Made by a program: the position numbers and the translations under genes. The notes under the pieces are model-generated. The model did not search any database, was not told where the DNA came from, and was given only the letters and a program-made list of their open reading frames with translations. Positions 47,904-56,616 of a stretch of 64,000 nt of DNA are shown in pieces. How positions within the stretch are numbered: position 1 is the first letter of the stretch; every line of letters begins with the position of its first letter. The stretch lies in the NCBI GenBank assembly GCA_963675785.1, contig OY776562.1, positions 2,920,934 through 2,984,933 of the forward strand. The letters run 5' to 3'. Source of the DNA: Anaerolineae bacterium (lineage in GTDB: Bacteria; Chloroflexota; Anaerolineae; UBA1429).

Positions 47904-49178
47904 CTAAAGCTCGGGAATAGTAGTTTGGCCCCCCATGTAAGGGCGCAGCACCTCGGGGATGACGATGCTGCCATCGGCTTGCTGATAGTTCTCGATGATA
48001 GCGATCATGATGCGGGGCAGGGCTAGTCCTGAACCATTTAGGGTGTGCACGAATTCGGGTTTGCCGCCCTCTGCCGGGCGGTAGCGGATACCCGCTCGCC
48101 GTGCTTGAAAGTCTTTGAAATTGCTGCAGCTCGATACTTCAAGCCATTCCTTGCAACCTGCCGCCCAAACCTCGACATCGTATTTGACGGCGGCGGTAAA
48201 GCTGAGGTCGCCTGTGCACATTTGTACCACGCGGTGAGGCAGGCCCAAGCGTCGGCAAACATCTTCGGCGTTGTCCAGCAGGGACATCAGTTCGTCCATC
48301 GAAGTCTCTGGCTTGACGAACTTGACCATCTCGACCTTGTCGAACTGATGACCGCGCTTGATGCCACGTGTATCTTTGCCAGCCGACATCTTTTCGCGGC
48401 GGAAGCAGGCCGTATAGGCGGTGTGATAGATGGGCAAATCGGTTTCGTCCATGATCTCGTCGCGGTACATATTGGTGACGGGAATCTCGGCCGTGCCGAT
48501 CATCCACAAATCGTCTTCGTCGTCGTGATACTGGTTATCGGCGAATTTGGGCAGCTGGCCAGTGCCATAAAGACATTCGCGGCGCACCATATAAGGCGGA
48601 TATACTTCGATATAGCCGTGCTCGCGGGTATGCAGGTCCAACATAAAGGCGATGATAGCACGCTGCAGACGGGCGCCGTCCTTCTTTAGGATGTAGAAGC
48701 GGGTTCCCGAGATTTTCACGCCGCGCTCAAAGTCGATGATACCCAATTCCTCGCCCAGCTCCCAGTGGGGTCGCGGCTCGAAATCGAACTGGGGTAGATT
48801 CTCAGCCTGCCTGAGGATGAGGTTTTCGCTTTCATCGAGCCCTACTGGCACCGATTCATCGGGCATGTTGGGCACCTGCATCATCAGAGTGTCCAGCTTT
48901 TCCTGGGTGGGCCCCAGTTCGACCTCGATGATCTTGATCTCATCGCCGACTTGACGCATTTTAGCGATGAGGGACTGTTTTTCATGCGGGTCCTTGATGT
49001 GCGGAATTTCTTTCGAGACCGTATTGCGCTCTGCCCGCAGTGTCTCTACCCGAGAGAGCATCTCGCGGCGCTTTTCGTCGAGTTCGAGAATCTCATCAAT
49101 GGGCGCCGTGGTGTTTAGCGCCTTCATTGCTTCCCGAACCTGATCTGTATTGCTGCGGATATAGGACAGATCGAGCAT
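47904..49178 (-). CDS. serS: Seryl-tRNA synthetase
   Basis: MLDLSYIRSNTDQVREAMK coiled-coil arm and class II motifs (FRRE, GSGLALPR). ATG 49178 is preceded by GGGAGGGAAG. The ORF-track frame extends to 49259 into the leader. Confidence 0.95.
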   Translation of the reverse strand: MLDLSYIRSNTDQVREAMKALNTTAPIDEILELDEKRREMLSRVETLRAERNTVSKEIPHIKDPHEKQSLIAKMRQVGDEIKIIEVELGPTQEKLDTLMMQVPNMPDESVPVGLDESENLILRQAENLPQFDFEPRPHWELGEELGIIDFERGVKISGTRFYILKKDGARLQRAIIAFMLDLHTREHGYIEVYPPYMVRRECLYGTGQLPKFADNQYHDDEDDLWMIGTAEIPVTNMYRDEIMDETDLPIYHTAYTACFRREKMSAGKDTRGIKRGHQFDKVEMVKFVKPETSMDELMSLLDNAEDVCRRLGLPHRVVQMCTGDLSFTAAVKYDVEVWAAGCKEWLEVSSCSNFKDFQARRAGIRYRPAEGGKPEFVHTLNGSGLALPRIMIAIIENYQQADGSIVIPEVLRPYMGGQTTIPEL

Positions 49179-49200
49179 TTCTCTTCCCTCCCATAACAAC

Positions 49201-49458
49201 GAAAACAAAAAGCGCCCTCCATCCCATAGGACGAAGCGCGCTTGCCTTCGTGGTGCCACCCTGGTTTGCCAACGCCTTGCGGCCGTCAGCCTTAGGCCCC
49301 TTGATGGGGCGATGCTCTATATCGGGAGCGCCCGGCCTGCTTAGCATCATGGTTTGCAGGCGGCTCTGGAGCGGAATTCGCCGATTGCTGTACCCTCTTT
49401 CCACCATCGAGGGCTCTCTGTGGCAGCCAGATCGATTACTGCTCTCCTTCAATGCCTT
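49201..49458 (-). promoter_or_regulatory. T-box riboswitch leader (Ser specifier UCC) with intrinsic terminator, upstream of serS
   Basis: On the minus strand: GGAGAGCAGUA (GA/AGUA elements), CAGAGAG bulge, GAUGGUGGAAA distal loop, GAAU-UCC-G specifier (UCC at 49375..49373), T-box AACCAGGGUGGCACCACG (49266..49249), and terminator GCGCGCUUCGUCC-uaug-GGAUGGAGGGCGC followed by UUUUUGUUUU. Confidence 0.85.
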
Positions 49459-49466
49459 ATGCCAGT

Positions 49467-49495
49467 ATCATAGCTTTAGGCTCGGCTTTGGTCAA
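49467..49495 (-). promoter_or_regulatory. Sigma70-type promoter of the serS T-box leader
   Basis: On the minus strand, TTGACC (49495..49490), 17-nt spacer, TATGAT (49472..49467). Confidence 0.55.
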
Positions 49496-49860
49496 ACGAC
49501 TGCTTTTTCGCGTGATGCCAAGGCAGCTGCGATGAAAAACAGACCTGGCGCGGCAACCAAAAGGAACCAGGGGCCTTTTGCTATAGTGCCACTGCTGATG
49601 AGCTCGACAATATAAAAGATGATCAGCGAACCAAGGGCAATGATGCCACCGCGCATTTCCTGCCAGAATCCCAGTAGAACCCCGGCCAGTACGCCGACGG
49701 GGAAAAAGGCGAAAGCCAAGAGTTCTTCGGATTGGAATTGGTAGGGATCGGTTTCAAGGAAAATATTGCCGATGAACATAACTAGGATAAAGGCGATGCT
49801 GAGGATACCCCAAATGCGGGCAATCCAGCGCAAGACGGTTGCAAGCGAGTTCTTCTTCAT
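49492..49860 (-). CDS. Hypothetical small integral membrane protein (4 TM)
   Basis: 122-aa ORF consisting almost entirely of four hydrophobic helices. Confidence 0.5.
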   Translation of the reverse strand: MKKNSLATVLRWIARIWGILSIAFILVMFIGNIFLETDPYQFQSEELLAFAFFPVGVLAGVLLGFWQEMRGGIIALGSLIIFYIVELISSGTIAKGPWFLLVAAPGLFFIAAALASREKAVV

Positions 49861-49955
49861 GGATCCTCCTTTTGCTCTTTATGTTACAACCCCCTGGCAA
49901 GTCTAAGGATTCACCAGAGGGTTATTTCGTTTATAGCAGCTCAACCGCAAATATG

Positions 49956-50906
49956 CTAGTCTTGCAGGATTGTGATAGAGCCAGTTCCAGTACGCAGAAT
50001 GAGCTTTCCTACAGGTTCATCGCCTACCGCACCAGAAAGAGAGTCATTGGGCCCCATACTTGTGTCGGTCTCGCCATCGACATTGAATTCACAGTCAATA
50101 TCGCCAATGCCGGTTTCTGCATCAATCTCAAAGCTCAGTGAGCGGTCCAATTCGACCTCAATGTCACCGACACCCGTCTCCACACTCGCATCATTGGTCA
50201 TGGTCCAGCTGTTTACGACCACGTCGCCAACGCCGGAATAAGCCTGCAGTTCACCCTTCAAGCTGTCGATCTTGATGTCGCCGACACTGGTGTTGACGAT
50301 GATCTTGCCTTCAATGTCCGAGATACTTGTTGAGCCCACATCTGTGGTGATTTTGATATCTGAATTTGCTGGCACTGTGATTTCAAGGTTGATGCTTCCC
50401 GAATTGCTCGCAAGCCATTCTGAGGGAACTTGGCCTGTAATGTACAGCGTGTCGTTATCTTCTTCGACAGAGACCTCGATTTGTTCAAGCCACTCATTGG
50501 CATTGGTGCCTGTGGCCTTGATAGTGGCGCTTACATAGACTTCATCGTTATTCCCGACGCGTATAGTGGTGTCTCCCACTTCATTGGTGATGACGATATT
50601 GGCCGAACCATCGACATCGAAACTCTGTTCCAGAGTGTCAATAGCCGTGTAATTACCACTTGTGCTTTCGGTTCTCAGTGTCTCAAAAGTGCCGCTTCCA
50701 ATCACACTTCTGGAGATACTTGTGATAATCAGGGTTCCTACGCAGCACACGATGAGGCATAGTGCGACAACGGCAAGAATGATCACAACGGTTTGATTGG
50801 TCTTTCTTTTAGCCTCATCAGGTGATGCCGCATCACCAAGGCTGGCCGGCTTTTCAATTTGATCGGGTTCGAGCACTTTTCGCTCGTTTTCTGGATTGTC
50901 AGACAT
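49956..50906 (-). CDS. DUF4097-type beta-strand-repeat protein with an N-terminal TM anchor
   Basis: Repeated G(V/I)GD(I/V).(V/I) strands (SVGDIKIDS, GVGDVVVNS, GVGDIEVEL, GIGDIDCEF). The likely start is MSDNPEN at 50906. The ORF-track frame extends to 51020. Confidence 0.7.
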   Translation of the reverse strand: MSDNPENERKVLEPDQIEKPASLGDAASPDEAKRKTNQTVVIILAVVALCLIVCCVGTLIITSISRSVIGSGTFETLRTESTSGNYTAIDTLEQSFDVDGSANIVITNEVGDTTIRVGNNDEVYVSATIKATGTNANEWLEQIEVSVEEDNDTLYITGQVPSEWLASNSGSINLEITVPANSDIKITTDVGSTSISDIEGKIIVNTSVGDIKIDSLKGELQAYSGVGDVVVNSWTMTNDASVETGVGDIEVELDRSLSFEIDAETGIGDIDCEFNVDGETDTSMGPNDSLSGAVGDEPVGKLILRTGTGSITILQD

Positions 50907-50908
50907 TT

Positions 50909-50917
50909 CCCCCCCCC
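50909..50917. repeat. C9/G9 homopolymer tract
   Basis: Nine consecutive C on the plus strand (G9 on the coding strand), ending 2 nt upstream of the ATG at 50906. Confidence 0.95.
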
Positions 50918-51024
50918 TTTGTCTTTTGGCAAACAAAAAGCGCAAACCTAAACCGCTTTCTGCTAACAATACGCACTTTTCAGCACATGGTTTCATAACC
51001 GAAAGGCAGACAAATTCCATACTG

Positions 51025-51053
51025 TTGGAGTCAATCTATAGTGTGGATATACT
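51025..51053 (+). promoter_or_regulatory. Putative sigma70-type promoter of the TPR gene
   Basis: TTGGAG, 17-nt spacer, TATACT. Confidence 0.4.
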
Positions 51054-51077
51054 GTAAGAACTAGTAGGGAGTAAGAA

Positions 51078-52139
51078 ATGGATGATACACTCGACAGAGC
51101 TACTCGAGCTCTTGCAGCACTACAACTAGACGAAGCAGCTAGCCTTTATCAGTCGTTGATTGATCAGGACGATGAAAATTACGAGGCCTGGATAGGCTTT
51201 GCCAAAACACTCACCAAACAACGCAAAACGGATGAGGCATTTGCCGCTGCGAACAAGTGCATAGCGCTCGATCCCGAACGATGGGATGGATATGCCTCGC
51301 TGGGCACGCTCTCTTTTCTGATAGACGAAAACGACCAGGCTATCGAAGAGCTGAAAAGGGCTGTCAGCCTGAATGCCTCAGAGCCAGAACCTCTCTTGAC
51401 CCTCTCGCAAGTATATGCTGAGAAGGAAGAGTTTGAGCTAGCTGAAGATTCTCTTCGCGAAGGGCAGTCGCTCGTTGACCAGATGGAAGAGGGCACAGAA
51501 AAGCGAGCCATGCAGGCCTTTGCCCTACACGTCAAGACCTATCTTTTGCTCTCTAGGGGCGAAAACGATGCCGCTTTTGAGACGGCTCAAGAGATCATTG
51601 CCTACAAGGATGCTAATCCTCACGCTGCTTGTCTGGCTTATTCGACATTGGGCATTCTCTCTTGGCGCGATAAAGATATGGACGCTGCCCAAGAGTATCT
51701 CGAACAGGCTCACGAGCTAAATCCCTACTTTAGCCGTTCGGCTGCAACTCTGGGACAATTGTACTATATGCGACAACAGTACGATAGGGCCGTAGAGGTT
51801 CTTGGAGATGCCGTGGCGCTCAACCCGCGGACAGATGGGGCAATTCACTATGCTTACGGCTCGGCGCTCGCCAAGGCCCGACGCCGGCAGGAAGCCCACG
51901 TGCAGTTCAAGGTGGCTATAGAGCAAGGCCTTAAAGGCTTGCCCAAATGGGTGGCTCGCTGGCAGCTCATCTGGTTGGGCACGGTAGGCAGAACGGTCAT
52001 CATCATGTTGGGGCTTGCCTTGGTTGCCGCATGGCTTATCTGGGGTCAGCCAGACATGTCTACACTGACTCTGTTTGGGGCTTTTGCCGTATTCTTGTTG
52101 CTCAGGCGTCTTTTTGGCAAAAAACGAACCAAACAATAG
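51078..52139 (+). CDS. TPR-repeat protein with two C-terminal TM helices
   Basis: Multiple 34-residue TPR-like repeats (A...Y...l..dp....a...lg) and a hydrophobic C-terminus. Confidence 0.7.
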   Translation: MDDTLDRATRALAALQLDEAASLYQSLIDQDDENYEAWIGFAKTLTKQRKTDEAFAAANKCIALDPERWDGYASLGTLSFLIDENDQAIEELKRAVSLNASEPEPLLTLSQVYAEKEEFELAEDSLREGQSLVDQMEEGTEKRAMQAFALHVKTYLLLSRGENDAAFETAQEIIAYKDANPHAACLAYSTLGILSWRDKDMDAAQEYLEQAHELNPYFSRSAATLGQLYYMRQQYDRAVEVLGDAVALNPRTDGAIHYAYGSALAKARRRQEAHVQFKVAIEQGLKGLPKWVARWQLIWLGTVGRTVIIMLGLALVAAWLIWGQPDMSTLTLFGAFAVFLLLRRLFGKKRTKQ

Positions 52140-52168
52140 TTGTCACTGTTCGGCCATCATGCTATACT
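52140..52168 (+). promoter_or_regulatory. Sigma70-type promoter of the alaX-ileS T-box leader
   Basis: TTGTCA (52140..52145), 17-nt spacer, TATACT (52163..52168). Confidence 0.55.
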
Positions 52169-52175
52169 GCTCGCG

Positions 52176-52452
52176 TAAAGGCTTTGACGGAGACCGAAAG
52201 CAGCCAGAGCGTTCAGAGAGTTCACCATCTCGCTGCAAGGTGAACACGCGAAATCTGCTGGATATCACTCTTGAGCCTGCATCCCAAAGGCTTTTGGCCC
52301 AGTAGGCTTGCACGGTTTCATCCACCGTTATCCGGATGCACGCATCGGATCAGTTCCTGTGGGTGTAAAGTGGGCCATTTTGGGCCAACAAGGGTGGTAC
52401 CGCGGAAGCATCTTCGGCTTTCGTCCCTCGAGGACGAAGGCCGTTTCTTTTT
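52176..52452 (+). promoter_or_regulatory. T-box riboswitch leader with intrinsic terminator, upstream of the alaX-like/ileS pair
   Basis: CAGAGAG bulge, UUCACC/GGUGAA stem, specifier region CGCGAAAUCUGCUGG (52248..52262), canonical T-box AACAAGGGUGGUACCGCGG (52388..52406), and terminator CGGCUUUCGUCC-cucga-GGACGAAGGCCG followed by UUUCUUUUU. Confidence 0.85.
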
Positions 52453-52466
52453 AGGAGAATCTGTAC

Positions 52467-53201
52467 ATGACAGAACGCCTTTACCAACTCGATAGCTACC
52501 TGAAAGCATTTGATGCCGTGGTAATGGCTGTCGACAAAGAGCAGGCTGCCATCGAACTCGACCGTACGGCCTTTTATCCCGGTGGAGGCGGCCAACCTTA
52601 TGACAGAGGTACGCTTAGCTGGGATGGAGGAAGCAATTCAGTTGTCAAGATGAGCGGCCACGGCCAGGTGTTGCATTTTTTGGAAGGCGCCCTGCCGTCG
52701 ATTGGTACGCTGGTTCATGGCGAGATTGATTGGCCGTTGCGTTTTGACCACATGCGCACGCATACGGCCATGCATATCCTTTGTGGTGTGGTTTGGCGAG
52801 ATTATGGCGCCCAGGTGACGGGTGGCAACATGACGCCACGCCAGGGGCGGATGGATTTCGAGTTCGAGAACCTCAGCAAAGAGCTGGTAGCTGAGATCGA
52901 GGAAAAGGTTAACATCGAGGTTCAAGCAGATCGTCCGATTCGCGTGGCTATACATTCTCGAAAAGAGGCTTTTGCCATCCCCGACCTAATACGCACCAAG
53001 ATCAATCTTTTGCCAGAAGGCATTGAGCAGATACGAACGGTGGAAATTGTGGGACTGGATTTGCAGGCTGATGGCGGAACGCATGTTTCTAATACAGCGC
53101 AGGTGGGCCCTATCACCATTGTAGGATACAAGAGCAAGGGACGTATCAACAAGCGTATCGAAGTCGCCCTTGATGAGGTTCAGTTGGAGGGACAAAAGTA
53201 G
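52467..53201 (+). CDS. AlaX-M-like tRNA editing protein (Thr/Ala-tRNA synthetase second additional domain, COG2872-like)
   Basis: LDRTAFYPGGGGQPYDRG, HTAMHIL (HxxxH) and DGGTHV motifs. 244 aa. Confidence 0.75.
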   Translation: MTERLYQLDSYLKAFDAVVMAVDKEQAAIELDRTAFYPGGGGQPYDRGTLSWDGGSNSVVKMSGHGQVLHFLEGALPSIGTLVHGEIDWPLRFDHMRTHTAMHILCGVVWRDYGAQVTGGNMTPRQGRMDFEFENLSKELVAEIEEKVNIEVQADRPIRVAIHSRKEAFAIPDLIRTKINLLPEGIEQIRTVEIVGLDLQADGGTHVSNTAQVGPITIVGYKSKGRINKRIEVALDEVQLEGQK

Positions 53202-53203
53202 CG

Positions 53204-56200
53204 ATGGCCTTTAAAGAGGTACCTTCTCAGGTAGATTTTGTCGCCCAGGAACATAGAGTCCTGGATATGTGGGCGCACGAGTGCTCTCATGAGCATCTTT
53301 GCGAGTTGCGCCATGGCAGCGAGCCCTGGTCTTTTATCGATGGTCCCATTACTGCCAATAATCCCATGGGGGTGCACCACGGTTGGGGACGTACGTATAA
53401 GGACCTCTATCAACGTTATTGGGCCATGCGCGGTCGTGATGAGCGCTACCAGAACGGTTTTGATTGCCAAGGCCTTTGGGTCGAGGTCGAGGTGGAAAAA
53501 GAGCTGGGTTTTAAATCCAAAAAGGATATTTTGGATTACGGCCTGGCTAACTTTGTGCGCAAATGCAAGCAGCGCGTGCTGCGCTATGCCGCTGTACAGA
53601 CCGAACAGTCTGTGCGGCTGGGCTATTGGATGGATTGGAACGACCCCGACACCTTGCGCCTGCTGGCCGACAAGCTGGACGAAGACCCCCAAGAAGTGAT
53701 CACCGTCGAGGGGCCCAATGGCCCGGTAACTGATACGGTAGAGCGCATCGTCGGGCGCTTGGGTATGCCCGAACTGGGCGGCAGCTATTTCACGTTCTCT
53801 ACTGAGAACAACTATATGATCTGGACCTTTTTGAAAAAATGTTGGGAAAAGGGCTGGCTCTATCGCGGTGCCGACGTGATGCCCTGGTGCCCTCGCTGTG
53901 CCACCGGCATTAGCCAGCACGAGATCGTCACCGATGGCTATGCCGAACTCACCCATCCCAGCATCACACTCCGTTTTCCGCTGCGTGAGAGGCCTGGTGA
54001 ATCGCTGCTGGTGTGGACGACCACGCCTTGGACGCTCTCTTCCAACATCGCTGCGGCTGTGGGCCCTAATTTGATCTATATCAAGGTCAAGAACGGCGAC
54101 GATATCCTCTACCTCTCCAAAGCCTGCACACACATGCTGCGTGGCGAATACGAGATACTGGCCGAGCTCAAGGGCTCGGAGATGGTTGGATGGACATACG
54201 ATGGTCCCTTTGACGAGCTGCCTGCGGCCAACCAGCCCGGTGGTCTGACCGAGGTTGCCGAGTTAGCCCATACCACCGAGTTGACGGCTGTCCAGGCTCA
54301 CCGCGTCATTCCCTGGGATGAGGTGGGTGAGGACGAGGGCACCGGCATTGTACACAGTGCGCCGGGCTGTGGCGCCGAGGACTTTCAACTTGGTAAGGAG
54401 AACAATCTGCCGCTCATCGCCCCGCTGAACGAAGAGGGCTATTTCGTCGAGGGGTTTGATTGGTTGACGGGCATGAACGTGCACGAGGTGCGCGACGCCA
54501 TCTTTGAGAACCTTGAGGAAAAGGGTGTTCTCTATCGTGTCAAGGATTACACCCACCGTTACCCGGTGTGTTGGCGCTGCAAGACCGAACTAGTCTTTCG
54601 GTTGGTGGACGAGTGGTTCATCAGCATGGATGAACTGCGCAACGACATGATCGAGGTGACCAAGCAGATTCGCTGGATTCCCTCCTTTGGCCTGGACCGC
54701 GAGCTGGACTGGCTGCGGAACATGCACGATTGGATGATCAGCAAAAAGCGATTTTGGGGGCTGGCATTGCCCTTTTGGGAATGTCCTGAATGTGATCATT
54801 ATGAGGTTGTTGGCAGCGGCGAAGAGCTGCAAGAACGTGCCGTCGAGGGTTGGGAGATTTTTGAGGGGCACACGCCTCACCGACCATACGTCGACGAGGT
54901 CAAGCTCCGCTGCCCCAAGTGCGGTGCAGTGATGAATCGCGTCATTGATGTGGGTAACCCCTGGCTGGATGCTGGCATCGTTAGTTTTAGCACTTTGAGC
55001 TATCGCGCTGACAAAGAATACTGGGACAAGTGGTTCCCCGCTAACTGGATCAGCGAATCCTTCCCGGGACAATTCCGCAACTGGTTCTACAGCCTGCTGG
55101 CCATGTCCACCGTGTTGGAAAACAAGCCACCATTCCTGGAGAATTTTTCCTATGCCACGCTGTTGGCCGAGGATGGCAAGCCCATGCACAAGAGCTCGGG
55201 TAACTCGATCGAGTTTAACGAAGCTGCCGACCAGATGGGCGTGGACGTGATGCGTTGGCTCTATTGCCGACAAAAGCCAGAGAATAACCTGATTTTTGGC
55301 TATAACCGGGCTAATGAAGTGCGTCGGCAGTTCCTCATCCCGCTTTGGAACGTCTACAATTTCTTTGTGACTTATGCGCGACTCGATGGTTGGGAGCCAG
55401 AGCAAGCCGGGTTCGACCCCGATATGCCTGAAGGTCCGACGCCATGTAGCGATAATCTGCTGGATCGCTGGATTCTGGCTCGTATCAACGCCGTAGCAGA
55501 GGCTGTACGGGTGGCTTTGGAGAACTCGGACGCCTATACGGCCACATTGGCCGTAGATGGGTTCATCGATGACCTGACCAACTGGTACGTTCGCCGCAGT
55601 CGCCGCCGTTTCTGGAAGAGTGAGCATGATGCCGACAAGACCACAGCTTATGCCACGCTGTATCATGTGTTGGTCAAGCTGATCAAGGTATTGGCACCAT
55701 TTACGCCTTTTGTTACCGAGATCATGTACCAGAATCTGGTGCGAGAACTGCAACCAGAAGCGCACCCCAGTGTGCACCATTGCCTGTGGCCGCTGACGGA
55801 CAAATCGGCATTGGATCCCGAGCTCATCGCTCAAATGGATCTGGCTCGACAGGTGGCTAGCCTGGGGCTGGGAGCGCGCAGCCTTGTCAACATCAAAGTA
55901 CGCCAGCCATTGGCCAGGGCACTGGTCTATGCTGGTGACAGACAAGTTGCCCTGTTGCCCGAGCTGATGGATATCATCATGGACGAACTCAACGTCAAGA
56001 TGGTTGAGTTTGTCCATGATGAGGGAACTTTGGTCAACTATCGCGTGGTAGCTGACGGCAAGGTTTTGGGGCCTCGCTTTGGTAAGAGCTTCCCACTGGT
56101 TCGCGCTGTTTTGGGGGCGATGCCAGCGGCTGAGGTGGCAGCAAAGGTCAAGACTGGTCGGTCGGTGCTGGTAACTATTGCTGGTGAAGAGGTCGAACTT

Positions 56201-56569
56201 TTACCCGAAGAGATCATCATCGATACCGAATCAGTAGAAGGCCTTTCGGTGCAATCGGACAAAGGCATCACTGTGGCCATTGATAGCGTCATTACACCCG
56301 AACTGGAGGCCGAGGGATTGGTGCGCGACTTGGTGCGCTATGTGCAGACACTGCGCAAAGAGGCGGATTACGATCTCTCTCAGCGAATTACCGTGGGACT
56401 GTTTGGCTTGGATGAGGCAGCACAGGCTGCCGTGGTCTCCTTCAAAGCCTATTTGCAAGGTGAAACGCTCTGCAACCAGGTCCTTTTTGAGGATGACGGT
56501 GCCGAATGGAACGCGCGAGGCGAATCCAAGCTGGCTGGCGCTACTATTGAGGTTGCTGTTCGGGCTTAG
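53204..56569 (+). CDS. ileS: Isoleucyl-tRNA synthetase (long form, 1121 aa)
   Basis: PMGVHHGWGR (HIGH variant), CP1 editing domain, KMHKSSGN (KMSKS) and Zn-ribbon cysteines. It starts 2 nt after the upstream stop. Confidence 0.95.
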   Translation: MAFKEVPSQVDFVAQEHRVLDMWAHECSHEHLCELRHGSEPWSFIDGPITANNPMGVHHGWGRTYKDLYQRYWAMRGRDERYQNGFDCQGLWVEVEVEKELGFKSKKDILDYGLANFVRKCKQRVLRYAAVQTEQSVRLGYWMDWNDPDTLRLLADKLDEDPQEVITVEGPNGPVTDTVERIVGRLGMPELGGSYFTFSTENNYMIWTFLKKCWEKGWLYRGADVMPWCPRCATGISQHEIVTDGYAELTHPSITLRFPLRERPGESLLVWTTTPWTLSSNIAAAVGPNLIYIKVKNGDDILYLSKACTHMLRGEYEILAELKGSEMVGWTYDGPFDELPAANQPGGLTEVAELAHTTELTAVQAHRVIPWDEVGEDEGTGIVHSAPGCGAEDFQLGKENNLPLIAPLNEEGYFVEGFDWLTGMNVHEVRDAIFENLEEKGVLYRVKDYTHRYPVCWRCKTELVFRLVDEWFISMDELRNDMIEVTKQIRWIPSFGLDRELDWLRNMHDWMISKKRFWGLALPFWECPECDHYEVVGSGEELQERAVEGWEIFEGHTPHRPYVDEVKLRCPKCGAVMNRVIDVGNPWLDAGIVSFSTLSYRADKEYWDKWFPANWISESFPGQFRNWFYSLLAMSTVLENKPPFLENFSYATLLAEDGKPMHKSSGNSIEFNEAADQMGVDVMRWLYCRQKPENNLIFGYNRANEVRRQFLIPLWNVYNFFVTYARLDGWEPEQAGFDPDMPEGPTPCSDNLLDRWILARINAVAEAVRVALENSDAYTATLAVDGFIDDLTNWYVRRSRRRFWKSEHDADKTTAYATLYHVLVKLIKVLAPFTPFVTEIMYQNLVRELQPEAHPSVHHCLWPLTDKSALDPELIAQMDLARQVASLGLGARSLVNIKVRQPLARALVYAGDRQVALLPELMDIIMDELNVKMVEFVHDEGTLVNYRVVADGKVLGPRFGKSFPLVRAVLGAMPAAEVAAKVKTGRSVLVTIAGEEVELLPEEIIIDTESVEGLSVQSDKGITVAIDSVITPELEAEGLVRDLVRYVQTLRKEADYDLSQRITVGLFGLDEAAQAAVVSFKAYLQGETLCNQVLFEDDGAEWNARGESKLAGATIEVAVRA

Positions 56570-56579
56570 GAAAAATAAG

Positions 56580-56610
56580 GGCCGCCGAGTATTCGGCGGC
56601 TCTTTGTTAT
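56580..56610. terminator. Bidirectional rho-independent terminator
   Basis: GCCGCCGA-gtat-TCGGCGGC stem followed by TCTTTGTTATT. Confidence 0.75.
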
Positions 56611-56616
56611 TAAAAG

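Noticed and set aside
49040-49615. ORFs 49040..49615 (+, 191 aa) and 49096..49452 (-, 118 aa), plus the 27-codon 5' extension of serS.
   Set aside because: They overlap a complete T-box leader (promoter, specifier, T-box sequence, terminator). The translations look random. serS has a good RBS at the internal Met (49178).
53180-56017. Long minus-strand ORFs (53180..54133, 317 aa; 54590..56017, 475 aa) antisense to ileS.
   Set aside because: They lie entirely inside a clearly recognisable IleRS frame. Their products are Arg/Gly/His-rich with no motifs. They are typical antisense open frames of GC-biased coding DNA.
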